Origin: Chiloscyllium plagiosum
Taxonomy: Eukaryota
DNA length: 64,000 nt
Direction: 5' to 3'
Assembly: GCF_004010195.1 (NCBI RefSeq)
Contig: NC_057718.1
Span: forward strand, 39,291,143-39,355,142
Below are positions 25,794 to 39,881 of the stretch, piece after piece; the first letter of the stretch is position 1, and every line of letters starts with the position of its first letter. The notes below the pieces were generated by a model that worked only from the letters and a program-made list of their open reading frames with translations, did no database searches and was not told the origin of the DNA. The position numbers were made by a program, and so were the translations under genes.

Positions 25794-26890
25794 TGTTAAG
25801 AATAACTTTATGTTTAATTTAGAGCTTGTATTGTATGTGTTAAGAAGAGGAAGACATGGTTTCATTTTGTAGAGTTATTTTGGGCTTCATACAAGGACTC
25901 CAAAGACCTTCTTGTTTACATGCATTTTACACCCTTGAGCTTTGAGCATTAAAAATAACCATGGAGAGGAAAAATAACTGTGTTATTACCTAGCAACAGG
26001 GGTCCAGGGTCTCAGAGGGAGAACAATCCAGGAAGTCAGTCAGGGGTGTGTGGCAGAGAAAAGACTGCTGGAAGCTAATATTAGGAAAATTGCATCTTTG
26101 CTTTGAAGTATCAAGTAACATTGAGTTTGTGAGTTTTGAGAAGATTTGTAGCTCAGGTTGAGGTTCTGGATGTAAGTTTGCTCACTGAGCTGGAAGATTT
26201 AGTGAGTTTAGCTTGCAGTTTGTTTTAGGTGTCAGAGAGACAATAAGTTTTAAAAAAGCAATACACCTCAAAAGGAAAATGGTTATAGCCATACCAGTCT
26301 GGACTTGAGCAAGAAACCCTAAAGATGGTGGTGACTCTTCAGTAAGGTGTGGGTACTTTTAAGAATATTACTAGGATAAAAAAGAATAATATGAATTTGG
26401 TTTTTTTTCAAGGATGTGTGCAATGAAATGTATCTAACCCTTTTGTCTCATGTAAATGTAATTCATGTTATTTTTGTTTATTAAACATTTTATTATTTCT
26501 GTTATAGGTACACTGGCAGACTCTTGTTAAATAACTGACCAGCATATTCAATCCCATCTATCTATCTCCGAGAAAAAGAACAGGAAATAACATCACTGAG
26601 ACAGAAAATCTCACCCAAGGAAATCTAAACACATAAATAGCAAGCAAGACATAACGCCAGTGCTTTACTACAGGTTCACTTATGTTATTTAGTATGGTGA
26701 TGAATGTCTGAAAACAAACTTTCCAGCTCAGTGAGCAAACTTACATCCAGAACCTCAACCTGAGCTACAAATCTTCTCAAAACTCATTGACCACCACAGT
26801 TTAAACAAAGTACAAAATTTGGCCTTTCAAGCTAAGTTTTCAAGTTTTCAAGCTAAGTTTCATTCAGGGATCTGACTTAGCCAGAATTAC
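25794..26890 (+). mobile_element. Candidate solo LTR carrying two oppositely oriented Penelope-type terminal repeats
   Basis: TG...CA ends (tgttaag...aattaca). Internal segments 26130-26200 and about 26550-26787 contain a 70 bp near-perfect inverted match. The LTR call rests on pattern only. Confidence 0.4.
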
Positions 26891-27029
26891 AGCATTACAT
26901 TTTGAAAGATAATTAATAAAACTTGTGTAATAGGTGGAAAGTATAAATTAACATTTTTAGTTTAACATATATTAATTGTTGTTTAATCACATTGTTGTTT
27001 ATTTCTCCATTCATCAAGACAGACCAGTA

Positions 27030-27272
27030 CAGTTCATACATGGGAACACCACAACCTGCAAGCCACACACCATTTTGACTTGTAATTATATTGCATGTCC
27101 TTCACTATCACTGGGTCAAAATCCTGGAACTCCTTTCCTAACCACACTGTGGGCATTCCTCCACACCAAGGACTGCACTGATTCAAAAATGTAGCTTCCA
27201 ACTATCTATTCCAGGGCAATTAGGGATGGGCAATGAATGCTGACCTCCTCATGACCTCACATCCCATGAATA
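27030..27272 (+). mobile_element. CR1-clade LINE 3' end
   Basis: catgggaacaccacaacctgcaag...agggcaattagggatgggcaat tail. Confidence 0.7.
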
Positions 27273-27589
27273 TTTTTTTAAAAACTTAATAGCAAATATC
27301 TGTATTATGCCTAACATTCAATATATTTCCCACAGAATGTATCCACAAGATCCATTTCCTACAGAATTTAAATGAATGAGAAAAAGAATTTCAAACCAAA
27401 TTCTGTTGTTCTATATTAAGTACCACTGCATCACTGAGGGCTAAAATTGACCATGGACACCACTTGAAGCAGATTTGCATCAATTTGAACATACTGGAGA
27501 GTTTGAATATCCATTCTGACATATCTAGCAGACTCTATGGCAAAAACATTGACTTAGTCAATTATTACACCACCTCGTGATCACACTAA

Positions 27590-28270
27590 TTATAGAAACA
27601 TTCGAATGGGAATAGTCCATTTAGACTCTCAAGCTTGTTCTGTCATTTTATGAGATCATGGCAGACTTGCAATCAGAATTCTATGTAACCACCTTGCTCC
27701 AAAACTCTTACTACATTTGGTTAACAAATATCTATTAATCTCCAATTTAAAATTAATAAATGATCGAGCATCAGTTGTACGTTATGAAAGAGAATTCCAA
27801 ACTTCTACCATCAGTCGTGTTCAGATGTTTTCCTAATTTCATTCCTCAAAATGTCGAACTCTGATTTTAATACCATTCCCTCCAGTTCTAGTCTACCCAA
27901 TTAATAGAAACAATTTATATCGACCATAACCTTTCAACTTAATATCTTGAGAATTTCGATCAAATCACCTCCTGACCTTCTAAATGCCAGGGATTGCAAT
28001 CATTTTCCAAATTAAACTTGAGGAATCTTCTGGTAAATGTAAACAGTACTACCACCTAAGATGTTGTCCCCAGGCCTACTAAAAAATCTCCAGGCATTGT
28101 CTAACAAAAGATTTGTTTAGCTGAAGCATGACTTATACATCCTTGAATCAGAGTCCTGTACATATAAAGGCCTTCATTCTATTAGTTATTTTGATTACCT
28201 TGTATACCTGCATGACATTTTAATGAAAATGTACGTTAACATCCCACACTCTCATATCTTTGCATTTCCA
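27590..28270 (-). mobile_element. Decayed CR1 LINE 3' fragment
   Basis: Homologous to 13595-13830 and 49490-49990. Confidence 0.6.
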
Positions 28271-28879
28271 TTCTTTCAGCTTTTCATGATGAGTACACTA
28301 TTCTATCCTTGTTCTCATCCTTTGAGAAGATAATGAGTAATGCCAGAAACAGCAGGAAATAATCTATTAACAGAAAGTGATATAGTCAAATTCATGCTGA
28401 GCTAGGGAATGCACAGCACAAACTCAGTTGCAAAACCAATAAAAGGTAACTTAAGCATTTAAGCTTATTCAACTGGGACTGTACATTTCCACTAACATAA
28501 GCAAATGCAAATCTAAACTCTTGGTACATTGTACTCCTTATACGTAGAGCTTAAAATTTCTAGATTTCTAACAATCTCCTTGTAACTCTAATCAACAGAA
28601 AACCTGTGAAATCTTTTGGAAACTGTAAAAATGCTTCATAGAAGGCCTGTGCAATTTAAGCCCTAATATTTATATCATAACTACAAAAAAAGCCCTCGGT
28701 AGACAAAGGATCCCTACATTACAGACTATAACGAAGACATCAGCCTTGACAAACCCATTTGGATAAACCTATATCTATGTAATGAAGTTTGAGGTTTCAG
28801 TCCTACTCCAGTGATTTGACAGATAATTTGGAAAAAAAAATTCAGTACAATGATGAGAGGTATGACATTGCAACAAAAC

Positions 28880-29350
28880 ATTTATTCATTCATTGGATGC
28901 AAGTGTCACTGGTTCGGCCAGCATTTATTACTGATTCCTATTGTCCTTGAGAAGGTGATGGTAAGCTGTCTTCTTGAATCACCCAATCTATTTGGTGCAG
29001 GTAGATAAACAGTGGTGTTAGGGATGGAGGTTATGGATATGGTACCAATCAAGTGGATGCTTTATCCTGAATGGTGTCCTGATTTGGAGCTGCACTTATC
29101 TAGGCAGATAGAGACTTTTTATTCCACTCTTGATTTGTGCCTTGTAGATGACGGACAGGCTTTGGGAAGTCAGGAGGTGAGTTACTCATTGCAAGTTTTT
29201 TATTTGCTCTTGAAGCCACTGTATTTATGTGGCTGTTCAAGTTCAATTTCTGGTCAATGGTACCCCTCAAGATGTTGGTAACAGTGTAGTGATAGTAACA
29301 CAACTGAGTGTCTTGAGGCGATGATTAGATTCTGTCTTGTTGATCAATAT
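28880..29350 (-). mobile_element. CR1-clade LINE 3' fragment
   Basis: NILRGTIDQKLNLNSHINTVASRA (ORF 29100-29303); same family as 9600-10770. Confidence 0.75.
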
Positions 29351-30089
29351 GTTTGGCTTTAAAGTACACATGAAAAATTGTTGAATCTGCACTACTAATT
29401 GGTCTCTTGAAACCAGTGCCTACTTTTCCTCTTCCCATTCTATCTTTTAATTCAAAGTCTTTCAAACCTCTCCTATGTTTTCTCCTGAGTATGCCTGCTA
29501 TTATCTCTGGAACATCAGTCACATGTGAAATTCCTCTATTTATTTAGATTCTGCTGTCATTAACACATTGATATAGAGGTATCATAAATGTTTAATTCAA
29601 GACAACTTATTGTCTTCATACTGCTCTTGCATCAATTTTCAAGTTCACTAAGACTTTGCACATGACGCATGAATTTTATGTACTGAATTTGTTACATATA
29701 AAACCACTCAAACATATGAAGCTTAAAATTGCAATATTGTCCAATGCTACTAAATATTATTATGACATGCATAGTAAAATAATTTTCCAAATTTCATCAG
29801 ATATTAAAAATGTGACCTAAAAATGAATCCTACCACTTTTACTGCAGCAGAAGACAGCCACACTGACAGCTAAAGCACACAATGTGCAGGAACATGCAGT
29901 TTGACTTAATTGGATCTACCCTCACAGCCTACAGCAAGAGACTCAATTGAGGCTCAGCATAAAATATTTACCACCAAAGTAGCCATAGTACTTCAACTCC
30001 CAGTTTCTGCAGGACGGTGAAAACATTAACAGTTTTAAACATTTGTTTGTCATCTATAATAAACAATTTTAAAATATTTGATAAAAACT

Positions 30090-30310
30090 GAAAGAACTTT
30101 GGAAGCTGCAACTCACAAACAAAAACAGAAATTGCTGGTAAAGCTCTGCAAGTCTGGCAGCATCTGTGCAGAGAAATCAGAATTAACTTTTTGGGTCTGG
30201 TGACCCTTCCTCACTTCTGAGGAAGGGTCACCTAACCTGAAATGTTAACTTTGATCACTCTTCACAACTGCTGCCATACCTGTTGAGCTTTTCCAACAAC
30301 TTGTTTTTGA
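30090..30310. mobile_element. Palindromic Penelope-derived mini-element
   Basis: Arms at about 30121-30213 and 30218-30309 are inverted, with centre tgacccttcctca-cttc-tgaggaagggtca. Decayed hammerhead-like CUGAGGA-A-GGGU...CCU-GAAA-UGUU at 30217-30246. Confidence 0.75.
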
Positions 30311-32981
30311 TTAAAATGTTTGAACTAGTTTAAATATAAGACAAAACTGGAACATACCTTCCACATAAATCTTGTCTTGCCTCTGATTAAACAAAAAGCC
30401 GTCTCTCAACTATAATAATTTCATCATTTACTAGCAAAAATGGTGCCCTATTTATTCCAATTTCTGCATGGCCTCTGATTACTAAACCATACTTCTTTCT
30501 ATTATCCACATGGGTACATCAATATAAAATAATAAGAATAATTCTAGCAAGTAATTCTCTTCTGACAACCCCAACATAACCATGATATTTCATTAGTTTA
30601 ATTACATCTCAAAATCAATAATGATTTTAGTTCTAGCCAAGCACAAATAATGTCTTTTCAATTTGTAGATGCAACGTAATTTTACAATTCTGAATTTGTA
30701 AATGGATACTTTGCTGATCACCTTGTATCTCACAAGTACTACCACGGATTATTGCACGAACAAAAAAAAAAGAATTATTTGTTTTCTGTACTGTCCAATT
30801 CAAACTTTTTAATCTTATTATTTATTTTAATTGTCCTAAAATTCAGTATCTCTATTTTAGTGGCTCAAGTACTAATCAATTCATCAATTCCAGCCCGTAC
30901 TTACTCATCTGAATAAAAACTCATGCCTGATTTAATCAACTAATAAGAAAGAAAAGTGTTATTGATTAAAGCATGTCATTCTAAACACATCATTAAACGT
31001 TGTTTCCATCTGGATCAGGCCACCTTTCAATTCAGTGAATGTTGAGCAGCTTAAATGTACCCTATTTTACATTAGCTTGGATGGAACAACACTTCTTTCA
31101 AATGTTAATTTTGTTGGTGGGTTAGTTGCAACTGATAGATCAAGTACACAGGATTTAAAATTTCCTGGACTGGCCACATTACTTAGCAGGTCTTTGACTT
31201 TAATCAATAAGATAATGGCAGCAAAATCTCAGAGAGGTGCTCATTAATTGTTGCTGCAGCAGCTAGTACAATAATATGTATGCAATTCCTGTATAGACAT
31301 TGACACTAAGAGGAACTGACATTGGCCATTCCTAAGACACATAAGAAGATCTGGTATGACTGTAAGGCCAGTAACATCAGAATTAAGATGACAATTGGCT
31401 TTGTGAGTCCATAGGTAGTGGGGACAGCTGTACTCATTGACTCTTGGGGGGGGTTAGAACTGAATTTAATCAAGGCCATAGGGATCTTGCCCTCCAGCTG
31501 GACAGCAGGCAAAATCCCTGTGTCACCTCCGTTGGGAAGGCCCACCATATTAAATGTCTATCAGGCACTTAAATGACCACCATCTAGCCTTTCCCAGAAC
31601 TAAAGACCCAAGGAGATGGAAATGTTGCCTGCCAACAGTTGCTGGAGATTCAAGGCCCCTGCAGGAGTGGTGGCAGGCACCTATCATAGGCCCAGGATTA
31701 ACTAGGTACCCAAGGCCAAGCTGAGGGAGGGTAGGATGGGCAGGTAAGTGCCCCCCCCTCAATTCAACCAGATTTCAGGTCCATCAATCAGGCATCAAGT
31801 GCCTTTGATCAAAGGGCCTCCCACAAGTAAACGTAAGACCATCTCTACTGCGCATTCAATGTCAATAGCGATGGGATAAGATGCTTAAGGGCTTAATTAG
31901 GTGGTGATGAAATGACAGAGGGATCCCCACCCTGCACACTCCTAACTTTTTAAATGTCATCCTACCTCTAAATGTGCACTGGGAAAGGGGCATTAAAATC
32001 TGTCCCTTTTCTCTGGCTCTTAATTGAATGGATTCCTTGTAAATTGTCTGGGGTGGATGATCTAGCTAGGCAATAGCTGTTAAATGATTGCTGTTAGGTC
32101 TTAACTGGGAGGGTAATTTTTAATGGGTAAAATAAGTTAAAATCTTTGGTGGCAAAAGATACGAACTTGAGGAGAAATGAGAACGAAATACCCCTTTCAT
32201 AATGAATCGCTGGTAGAGCTGCTCAGAGAGAGGCAGCAAAGAAAAATAGCTTATTTGAAGAAGACGATCATTCTGTGAAAGTCACGATACATGGTGATAC
32301 ATGGAGTTAATGCAACAAGTATAATTGAGGATTAAGTTTCTTGTATCACAGGAATTTCATGTAAATTTCTGTTAGACCCAATTGTGTACGACACAAACCA
32401 AAGTTGTGAACTAGAGCACCCTCAGGGAGTTGGCATTTAAACAAAAGCAGATCATCATTCCCCTTTTGTATACAATCTTCAGTGCAACCAAACTGCACCA
32501 AACACTTCTAATTGGACACAAAAATAACTTTCTCTGTCTGACCTAACTGCATTGCCACCAGAATCAATATGCATGAACACAAATTTGTATATGAAGGAAC
32601 ATGGACTAGTCAGGTGAGCAATTGTCTAGATATTCAAGCAGTTTGTAATATGTGGATATCTTTCTTATATTTCCTGAAGGCTGTCTACAACTACAAGAAA
32701 TGTACACTTGCTAGTGGAAGAACATGTTTGCTGACGGAATTCATTTCCTGTGAGGAGAGAGTATCTTGAGATTGGAGAACATTAAGATAAGTGATGAAGG
32801 CAGGAAATTGCATGTCTATTTGGATTTCTTGTATTTTTAAGGTGTACCTTAAAAGAGGAGAGAGAGATAGTGAAGTGGGAGAGGTTTAAGGAGTGAATTT
32901 CAGAGCTCAGGGCCTCGGTAGCTGAAGGAACAGTCACAACCGATGGAGTAATTAAAATTAGAGATGACAATAAATGAAAAT

Positions 32982-33272
32982 GGGGTGGCACGGTGGCACA
33001 GTGGTTAGCACTGCTGCCTCACAGCGCCAGAAACCAGGGTTTAATTCCCACCTCACTGTGTGGAGTTTGCACATTCCTCCTGTGTCTGCGTGGGTTTCCT
33101 CCGGGTGCTCTGGTTTTCTCCCACAGTCCAAAGATGTGCAGGTTAGGTGAATTTGCCATGCTAAATTGCCCATAGTGTTAGGTGAAGGGGTATGGGTGGG
33201 TTGCGCTTCGGCGGGTCGGTGTGGACTTGTTGGGCCGAAGGACCTGTTTCCACCCTGTAAGTAATCTAATCT
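32982..33272 (+). mobile_element. HE1-type V-SINE, full length, young
   Basis: ggggtggcacggtggcacagtggttagcactgctgcctcacagcgccag head, V-domain, (taatc)n tail; adjoins an L2-like fragment at about 32840-32980. Confidence 0.95.
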
Positions 33273-35205
33273 AGTTATATGTTTCATTGAATGACATTCA
33301 TAACACTCAGTCTGCCTTGGCTCACACAACCTTCCACTCTTCACTTCACTTGTTATGCTTTTTGGCACCTTTCTCAGGGAATCAAAGTAGCTAAAGGTGA
33401 TAGTTTGCTGGGCAGGATTGATAAGATAGGAAGCTATGTATTAATGAGGTAAGATGTGCACTTAATAACTCCCTTTTGACACCTGGCATTTGCACAAAAG
33501 TGCAACAGGTTGTTTCTCAACATTGAGATTGGTCTTGTCAGAACTTGCATGGGATTCTGCCACATTTCTTGGCATAACCCATGTCATTCAGGTCCCCATA
33601 GATATCTACGCATCATGCCAATGCATGGTCATAAGTACAAAGTGAACTTTGCAAGTCTATTGTGTACAAGCCCTAAGTACAAACTCAAGAGTTCACACAA
33701 TTATTAGGACACCCAAAGATAACAATTCATGTGGAAAATGTGGCCTTCAATTCCCAGCTCTGAAAGAACTTTGTAAGGCATGTGGCTGAAAAAGCCACTA
33801 GCAGAGGGAATGAACTGCAGCAAAGGCTCATACAACTACAGTGAGCTGTGCACTAACCCAAACAGACCATACACAAGGTGCACCTCAAGCTACCAACTGC
33901 TATCACACCAGAAGTGTACATACTAAATGATCAACAAACCATAATGTTCATGATGAGACAAAGACTGGTGAATATATTGCACATTGTCAATCTCATACAA
34001 AATATCAATGGCATCACACCATCCAAATTATTTGCACAAATTTAAATAATTATCTTCAGTATTGTTTAAGAGAGCCATAGGGGAAAACGTTAATATAGTA
34101 CCCCTTCAAAATACATGCCCCACATACATGGGAAGCGATTACAAAATTTACTAACACAAAACTGTGAGTATGTGTCAGTTCACCAATTCCAAGTGCAGGA
34201 TCAATGGTGCTGCGGTGCAAACACAATTACTCCATTTAGATGTCACCAGCAGATATGCCAGCACTAGTCACAACCCAGTCAGATGTCAGAAACACCACAG
34301 AAAAAGCAGCAGACTATTCAATAAACACTTACAGAACTGAATGTGCAAAAAGAATGGGACACCACTGTTCTGAATTAATGGATTAAAATTTCAGCTCTCT
34401 TACTGTAGGGAAGGATCAAGAGGAAAATGCTGAACAACTAGCTCAGAACAAAGCCAAAATTTAGAATACCATCTTTTGAGATGAAGAAATGTTTAGGAAG
34501 TGGGTGATTTTTGCCAGCTCACAAAGATGAATGATGAGTTGAAAGAGTAAGAAAAGAGGCAAGATGAGTTACAAGCTCTGCATTATCACTTCAATGAAAA
34601 GACTGCCAGATTACAGAAAACAGACCAAGCTGAGCCAGAGCAGCTGCAGAAACTTTAGCTTGAGCTCTCAAAGTATTGCTGAAGAAAACGGCAGACCTGC
34701 AAATAAAGTTGGAGATCACTCAGGAGCCAGTCCTTCCAAATGTAAATACTCTAGTGAAACAGTTCAAGCAGGACAGAAAAGAAACCAAACAAACACTGAA
34801 GTAGCAAATGGATGAGGTCCAGTCTTCAAAGGGCGTTCATCAGGAATTAATAAACTATTATTTTGTTTAAAACAATAAAACACATTACTAGTTACGAAGC
34901 AGGCATTACAGCAAGCCAACTGATATTTGGATGTTTGAAGCTTGCATGGTTTACACCAGACTACCAACCAGGCAGAGTTCAATACTGTATACACAACACA
35001 TGGAGTCTTTAAATGTGAGCTCTCTTAAAGACAAGATATACACACAACATTCCCTTCCTTTCTTCTAAAAGCAACATTAGCTATTTACGATAATGTGAGC
35101 CTACGAGGCTGTCTGTAACATATACAAGATTTGCTGAGGTTGTGAGGTGACTGTCTGGAAGTGCCATTGATTGTCATGGTCATTAATGATATTGTATGTC
35201 ATTAT

Positions 35206-35440
35206 GATTAGATTAGATTCTCTACAATGTGGTAACAGGCCCTTCGGCCTAAGAAGTCCACACCGACCCTCCAAAGAGTAACCCACCCAGACTCATTCCC
35301 CTACATTCACCCCTGACTAATGCACCTAACACTATGGGCAATTTAGTGTGGCCAGTTCACCTAACCTGCACATCTTTGGACTGTGGGAGGAAACTGGAGC
35401 ACCCAGAGGAAACCCACGCAGACACGGGGAGAATGTGGGA
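35206..35440 (-). mobile_element. HE1-type V-SINE, 5'-truncated
   Basis: (attag)n tail and V-domain reverse complement; tRNA head missing. Confidence 0.9.
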
Positions 35441-35654
35441 AAGTCTCAGCCATATCTAAATAATCATAAAGCTCCTTTTTACCATTGATGCTAAGCTTGA
35501 CGCCAAAACATTTGCCATAAATTAAGAATAGAATCCACATATGATATTTACATTCTATTCCTCACAATAAGAAGGAGGATAGTCTGCCATTTGCTGCACA
35601 CAATACATCCTTATGAGGATCTCTGATTTATAGTGCATAATTGAAAATGTGAAG

Positions 35655-36350
35655 TCTTAGAGTCGTTCGCTGAGCTGGTGTAGTTTTTCTGCAGACATTT
35701 TGTCGCCTCACTAGGTGACATCGTCAGTGTGCCTTTGATACGGTATTGGTGGTCTGTTCCACCTGGTATTTATGTGTCTCCATTTTTTTGGTACTTCTGG
35801 TTCTGCATCTGAGTGGTTTGTATATGGAGTCCAGTTCAATGTGTTTATTGATTATTGAGTTCCAGTTGGAGTACCAGGCTTCAAGGAAGTCTCTCCCGTG
35901 TCCCTGTTTAGCCTGTGCTAAGATGGTTAAATTGTCCCAGTTGAATTTGTGTCCTTCTTTGTGTAGTTCAAAATGAGAGGGGACTGGTCACGTCTGGCAG
36001 TAGCAAGTTGATGTTCGTACACTTGTATGGTCAGTTTGCTTCCTGTTTGTCCTATGCAGTGTTTTTCACAGTCCTTGCAGGGTATCTTGTAGATGTTTGT
36101 CCTCTTGGATGTGGGTGTCTCGTCTTTAACCTTTGTGAGGAGCTGGTGAAAGGTGCCTAATGGTTTGTGGGCCACTAAGATTCCTAGGTGTTCGGGTAGT
36201 CAATACAGATTTGTTGCATAGATATTGCAGGATAGTGCTCTTGGGTTACCCATTTCATTTAAATCCCTTGAATCGGTGTTCCTGTTCTGCCTTCTGGAGT
36301 TATGGATTGCTGCTGTCTGTCCTTGCTCATTTAAATAGTGTATTTTGAAA
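35655..36350 (-). mobile_element. Penelope-like element 3' part with GIY-YIG endonuclease remnant
   Basis: NIYKIPCKDCEKHCIGQTGSKLTIQVYEHQLA (ORF 35927-36175), followed downstream by decayed hammerhead-like CUGACGA-U-GUCACC...GGCGAC-AAAA-UGUC at 35727-35694. Confidence 0.85.
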
Positions 36351-36969
36351 ATGCATTTATTTTGCAAAGTTATCAGTAACAAAAATAACTGGTGCAGAAT
36401 ATCCCTGCAATCCATAAAGCATTTAATTGTCTGTAAAGTACCAAGAAACATTCCCATTTCCAATGCTTGCTTTTTCTTTCTTTAATATTGAAATTTGTAA
36501 CACACCTACCTTCACATACATTCCATATTTGGACTTCACATTTTCATAACATTCTGTTTACTTTCTATCTGCAAATCTACTTTTCATCAAGATAAAATCA
36601 TTTACATATACATATGGTTCACTAATAATTTGTTTAGTTAGCAATGATTGCTAATTTTATAAATATTGAGATAATTTTGTAAAATATCTACATTTTTATA
36701 AAGAAAAGGAATTCAACTTTTCTTTGAAAAGGTTGTAATTCAACTATTTAATCGTAAACACAATCTACTGCCAAGTTCCTTCTGTTGCTATTCTCTAAAC
36801 TAATCTTAATTCTAGCCTGATAATGTCCTGTCAATTGAGCCTATCCAGACTATCTTTGTTGTGAAATAATCCATTTTTTCCCCAAAAGACATATTACATG
36901 TAACTTACATAGCAAAATCACTTTGAAGGAATTTTAAATACTAAAATCTAACAAAACCTAAGAGTTTAA

Positions 36970-37250
36970 AAATGAAGTACTGAGGCTCTGTCTGTCATCT
37001 AAGGTGGACTTAAAGGCCACCAAAACATCATTCAAAGTGCAAGGAAGTTCTCTCATTCTTTAGCACAAATTTTAACCAAAAGTTAAAACAGATAATTGGT
37101 CAGTATTTCATTTCCGTTTTAAGAGCTTCAGTGCACAAATTAGCTGGCATGTTTCCTATAATTCTAGTGTCTGCACTTCAAAGGTATTTAATTGCCTATG
37201 AAGCAAGTTAAGACATTTTAACGTTATGAGAAGTATTGCATAAAAGCAAT
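36970..37250 (+). mobile_element. Ancient Deu-domain (AmnSINE-like) SINE remnant
   Basis: aggtggacttaaaggccacc...gtgcacaaattagctggcatgtttcctat...cacttcaaaggtatttaattg resembles recalled Deu-core and tail motifs. Confidence 0.45.
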
Positions 37251-37644
37251 TTTTTCTGACTAATGTATAATTCTCACCTTTCAAACTTACCCAATTAAGA
37301 TCACTCATGTTATCCATAGTCATCTATTGTACGATCTACATAATTTTATTAGATCAATATCAATTAAGCTCCTAAGCAAAATAACAATGGTGAGCTATGA
37401 TACTATTAGCAAATTTTTCAGTTCAATGCAAATTTAATTGGTACACTCCACAGTATGCTGTCATACTGCCTATCTAGCCAACCAGGAATATACTTTCAGA
37501 TATTTTTAGATACATATAGTTTCCATAATGCATAGTATTATGAATGTTTGAAAGCATATAAGTTACTACTGTCTGACCTCTAAATAGCCTAAATGTCAGT
37601 ATAACATCCACAAAAGTAACCAGAATCAATACAGCATGTTTTTA

Positions 37645-37905
<261 letters not shown>

Positions 37906-38539
37906 CTATAGAGAAATATGCAAATAAAATCAATTTTTGCCTCACAAATTTAGAAATAGCACACTATACTAATTTGTCACACACTGCACATAGAACATCT
38001 TGCATTCAAACCAGATGGAACACATTTTCAACAAGTAAATATATCTGCACAGAGCAAACCATTCATTTTTGATATTACTCAATACTAATTAACCTGTGAA
38101 AATAAACACCATTAGCAAAATCACATCAATTCTTTCATGATTTTCCACACAATTGCAAAAAAAACTTTCAATATGTCAGGGAAATGCTCAGAATCATATA
38201 GCAACGATACAATCATTTCAAAAATGCTGTATATTAAATACAAGTTATGAGAAATCATTGTAGCTTGTTAAAAAAGGTTTCAGGGATTCAGAAATGCAAT
38301 ATATAATTAAGTAACATGTTATTCAAGTTTCATACATATAATATGCATAAATATGCATTTGGTGATACAGATCTTGAGTACTGCTGAAAAAGATACATTT
38401 TGTCAAAGCTCTTCATCTTTCACTCATCAAGACAACTGGCAAGAAATACAGATGTAAAGAAAATCCAATATTTATCACTGTTTAAGAAGACAGTCCTGCT
38501 TGTGTGGCAAGTGAACTCTGACTGGTGAGGGATTGCCAT

Positions 38540-39881
38540 GAACATTGAAATAGAACAATACAGCGCAGAACAGGCCCTCGATTTGCGCTGACCTGTGAAC
38601 TAATCTAAGCCCATCCCCCGACACGATCCCATCGTCATTCATATGCTTATCCAAGGACTATTTAATGCCCCTAATGTGGCTGAGTTAACTACATTAGCAG
38701 GTAGGGCATTCCATGCCCTTACCACTCTCTAAGTAAAGAACCTTCCTCTAACATCTTTCTTAAACCTATCACCCCTCAATTTGCAGCTATACCCCCTGAT
38801 ACAAGCTGACGTAATCATCTTAGAAAAAGGATTCTCACTATCCACTCTATCTAATTCTCTGATCATCTTGTACATCTCTATTAAATCCCCCCTTAGCCTT
38901 CTTCTTGCCAATGAGAACAGGTTCAAGTCTCTCAGTCTTTCCTCATAGGACCTTTGCTCCAGACCAGGCAACATCCTGGTAAATCACCTCTGCACCTTTT
39001 CCAATGCTTCCAAATCCTTCCTGTAATGGGACAACCAGAACTGTACACAATATTCCAAGTGAGGCCACGCAAGCATTTTGAACAGTTGCAGCATGACATC
39101 ACGGCTCCAGAACACAATCGCTCTATCAATAAAACCTTACACACTGTATGCCTTCTTAACAGCACTATAAATCTGGGTCGCAACTTTCAGGGATCTATGC
39201 ACATGGACACCAAGATCCCTCTGTACATCCACACTACTAAGGATCTTTCCATTGACCCAGTATTCTGCCTCCCTGTTATTCTTACCAAAATGAATCACCT
39301 CACAATTATCTGCATTGAACTCCATTTGCCACTTCTCAGCCCAATTCTGCAGTTTATCCAAATCCCCCTGCAACCTGCAACATTCTTCCACACTGTTCAC
39401 CACTCCACCAACTTTAGTATCATCTGCAAACTTACTAACCCATCCACCTCTGCCTACATCCAAGTCATTTATAAAAATGACAAACAGCAGTGGTCCCAAA
39501 ACAGATCCTTGTGGCACACCACTAGTAACTGGACTCTAGGTTGAATATTTTTCATCATCCACTACTCATTGCCTTCTTACAGAAAGCCATTTTCTAATCC
39601 AAACTGCTAAATCACCCTCAATACTATGCCTTCACATTTTCTCCAATAGCCTACCATGTGGAACCTTATCAAAGGCTTTACTGAAGTCCATGTACACCAT
39701 GTCAACTGCCCTACCCTCGTCCACATGCTTGGTCACCTTCTCAAAAAACTCAATGAGGTTTGTGAGACACGACTTGCCCTTGACGAAACCAGGTTGACTA
39801 TTTCCAATCAAATTATTGCTTGCCGGATGAATATAAATCCTCTCTATTATAATCCTTCCCAAAACTTTTTCTACAACAGAC
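38540..39881 (-). mobile_element. 5'-truncated CR1 LINE (second subfamily)
   Basis: GFVKGKSCLTNLIEFFEKVT...DMVYMDFSKAFDKVPH; PQGSVLGPLLFVIFINDLD...KFADDTK; same subfamily as 53857-55085. Confidence 0.95.

Noticed and set aside
32982..33055. tRNA gene
   Set aside because: The A/B-box head runs directly into the V-domain and LINE-like tail, so it is a SINE head rather than a tRNA.
32958..33368. 136 aa ORF and similar ORFs at 11911, 24034 and 44364
   Set aside because: Spurious translations of HE1 SINE sequence.
34817..34845. Minus-strand CUGAUGA motif as another hammerhead
   Set aside because: No paired helix II, no GAAA at the right spacing and no PLE context.
33450..35100. Possible further LTR-retrotransposon relic on the plus strand
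   Set aside because: A-rich and vaguely gag-like, but I could not read a convincing motif or LTR boundary.
38954..39544. 196 aa plus-strand ORF
   Set aside because: It is the antisense shadow of the CR1 reverse transcriptase on the minus strand; no independent protein signature.
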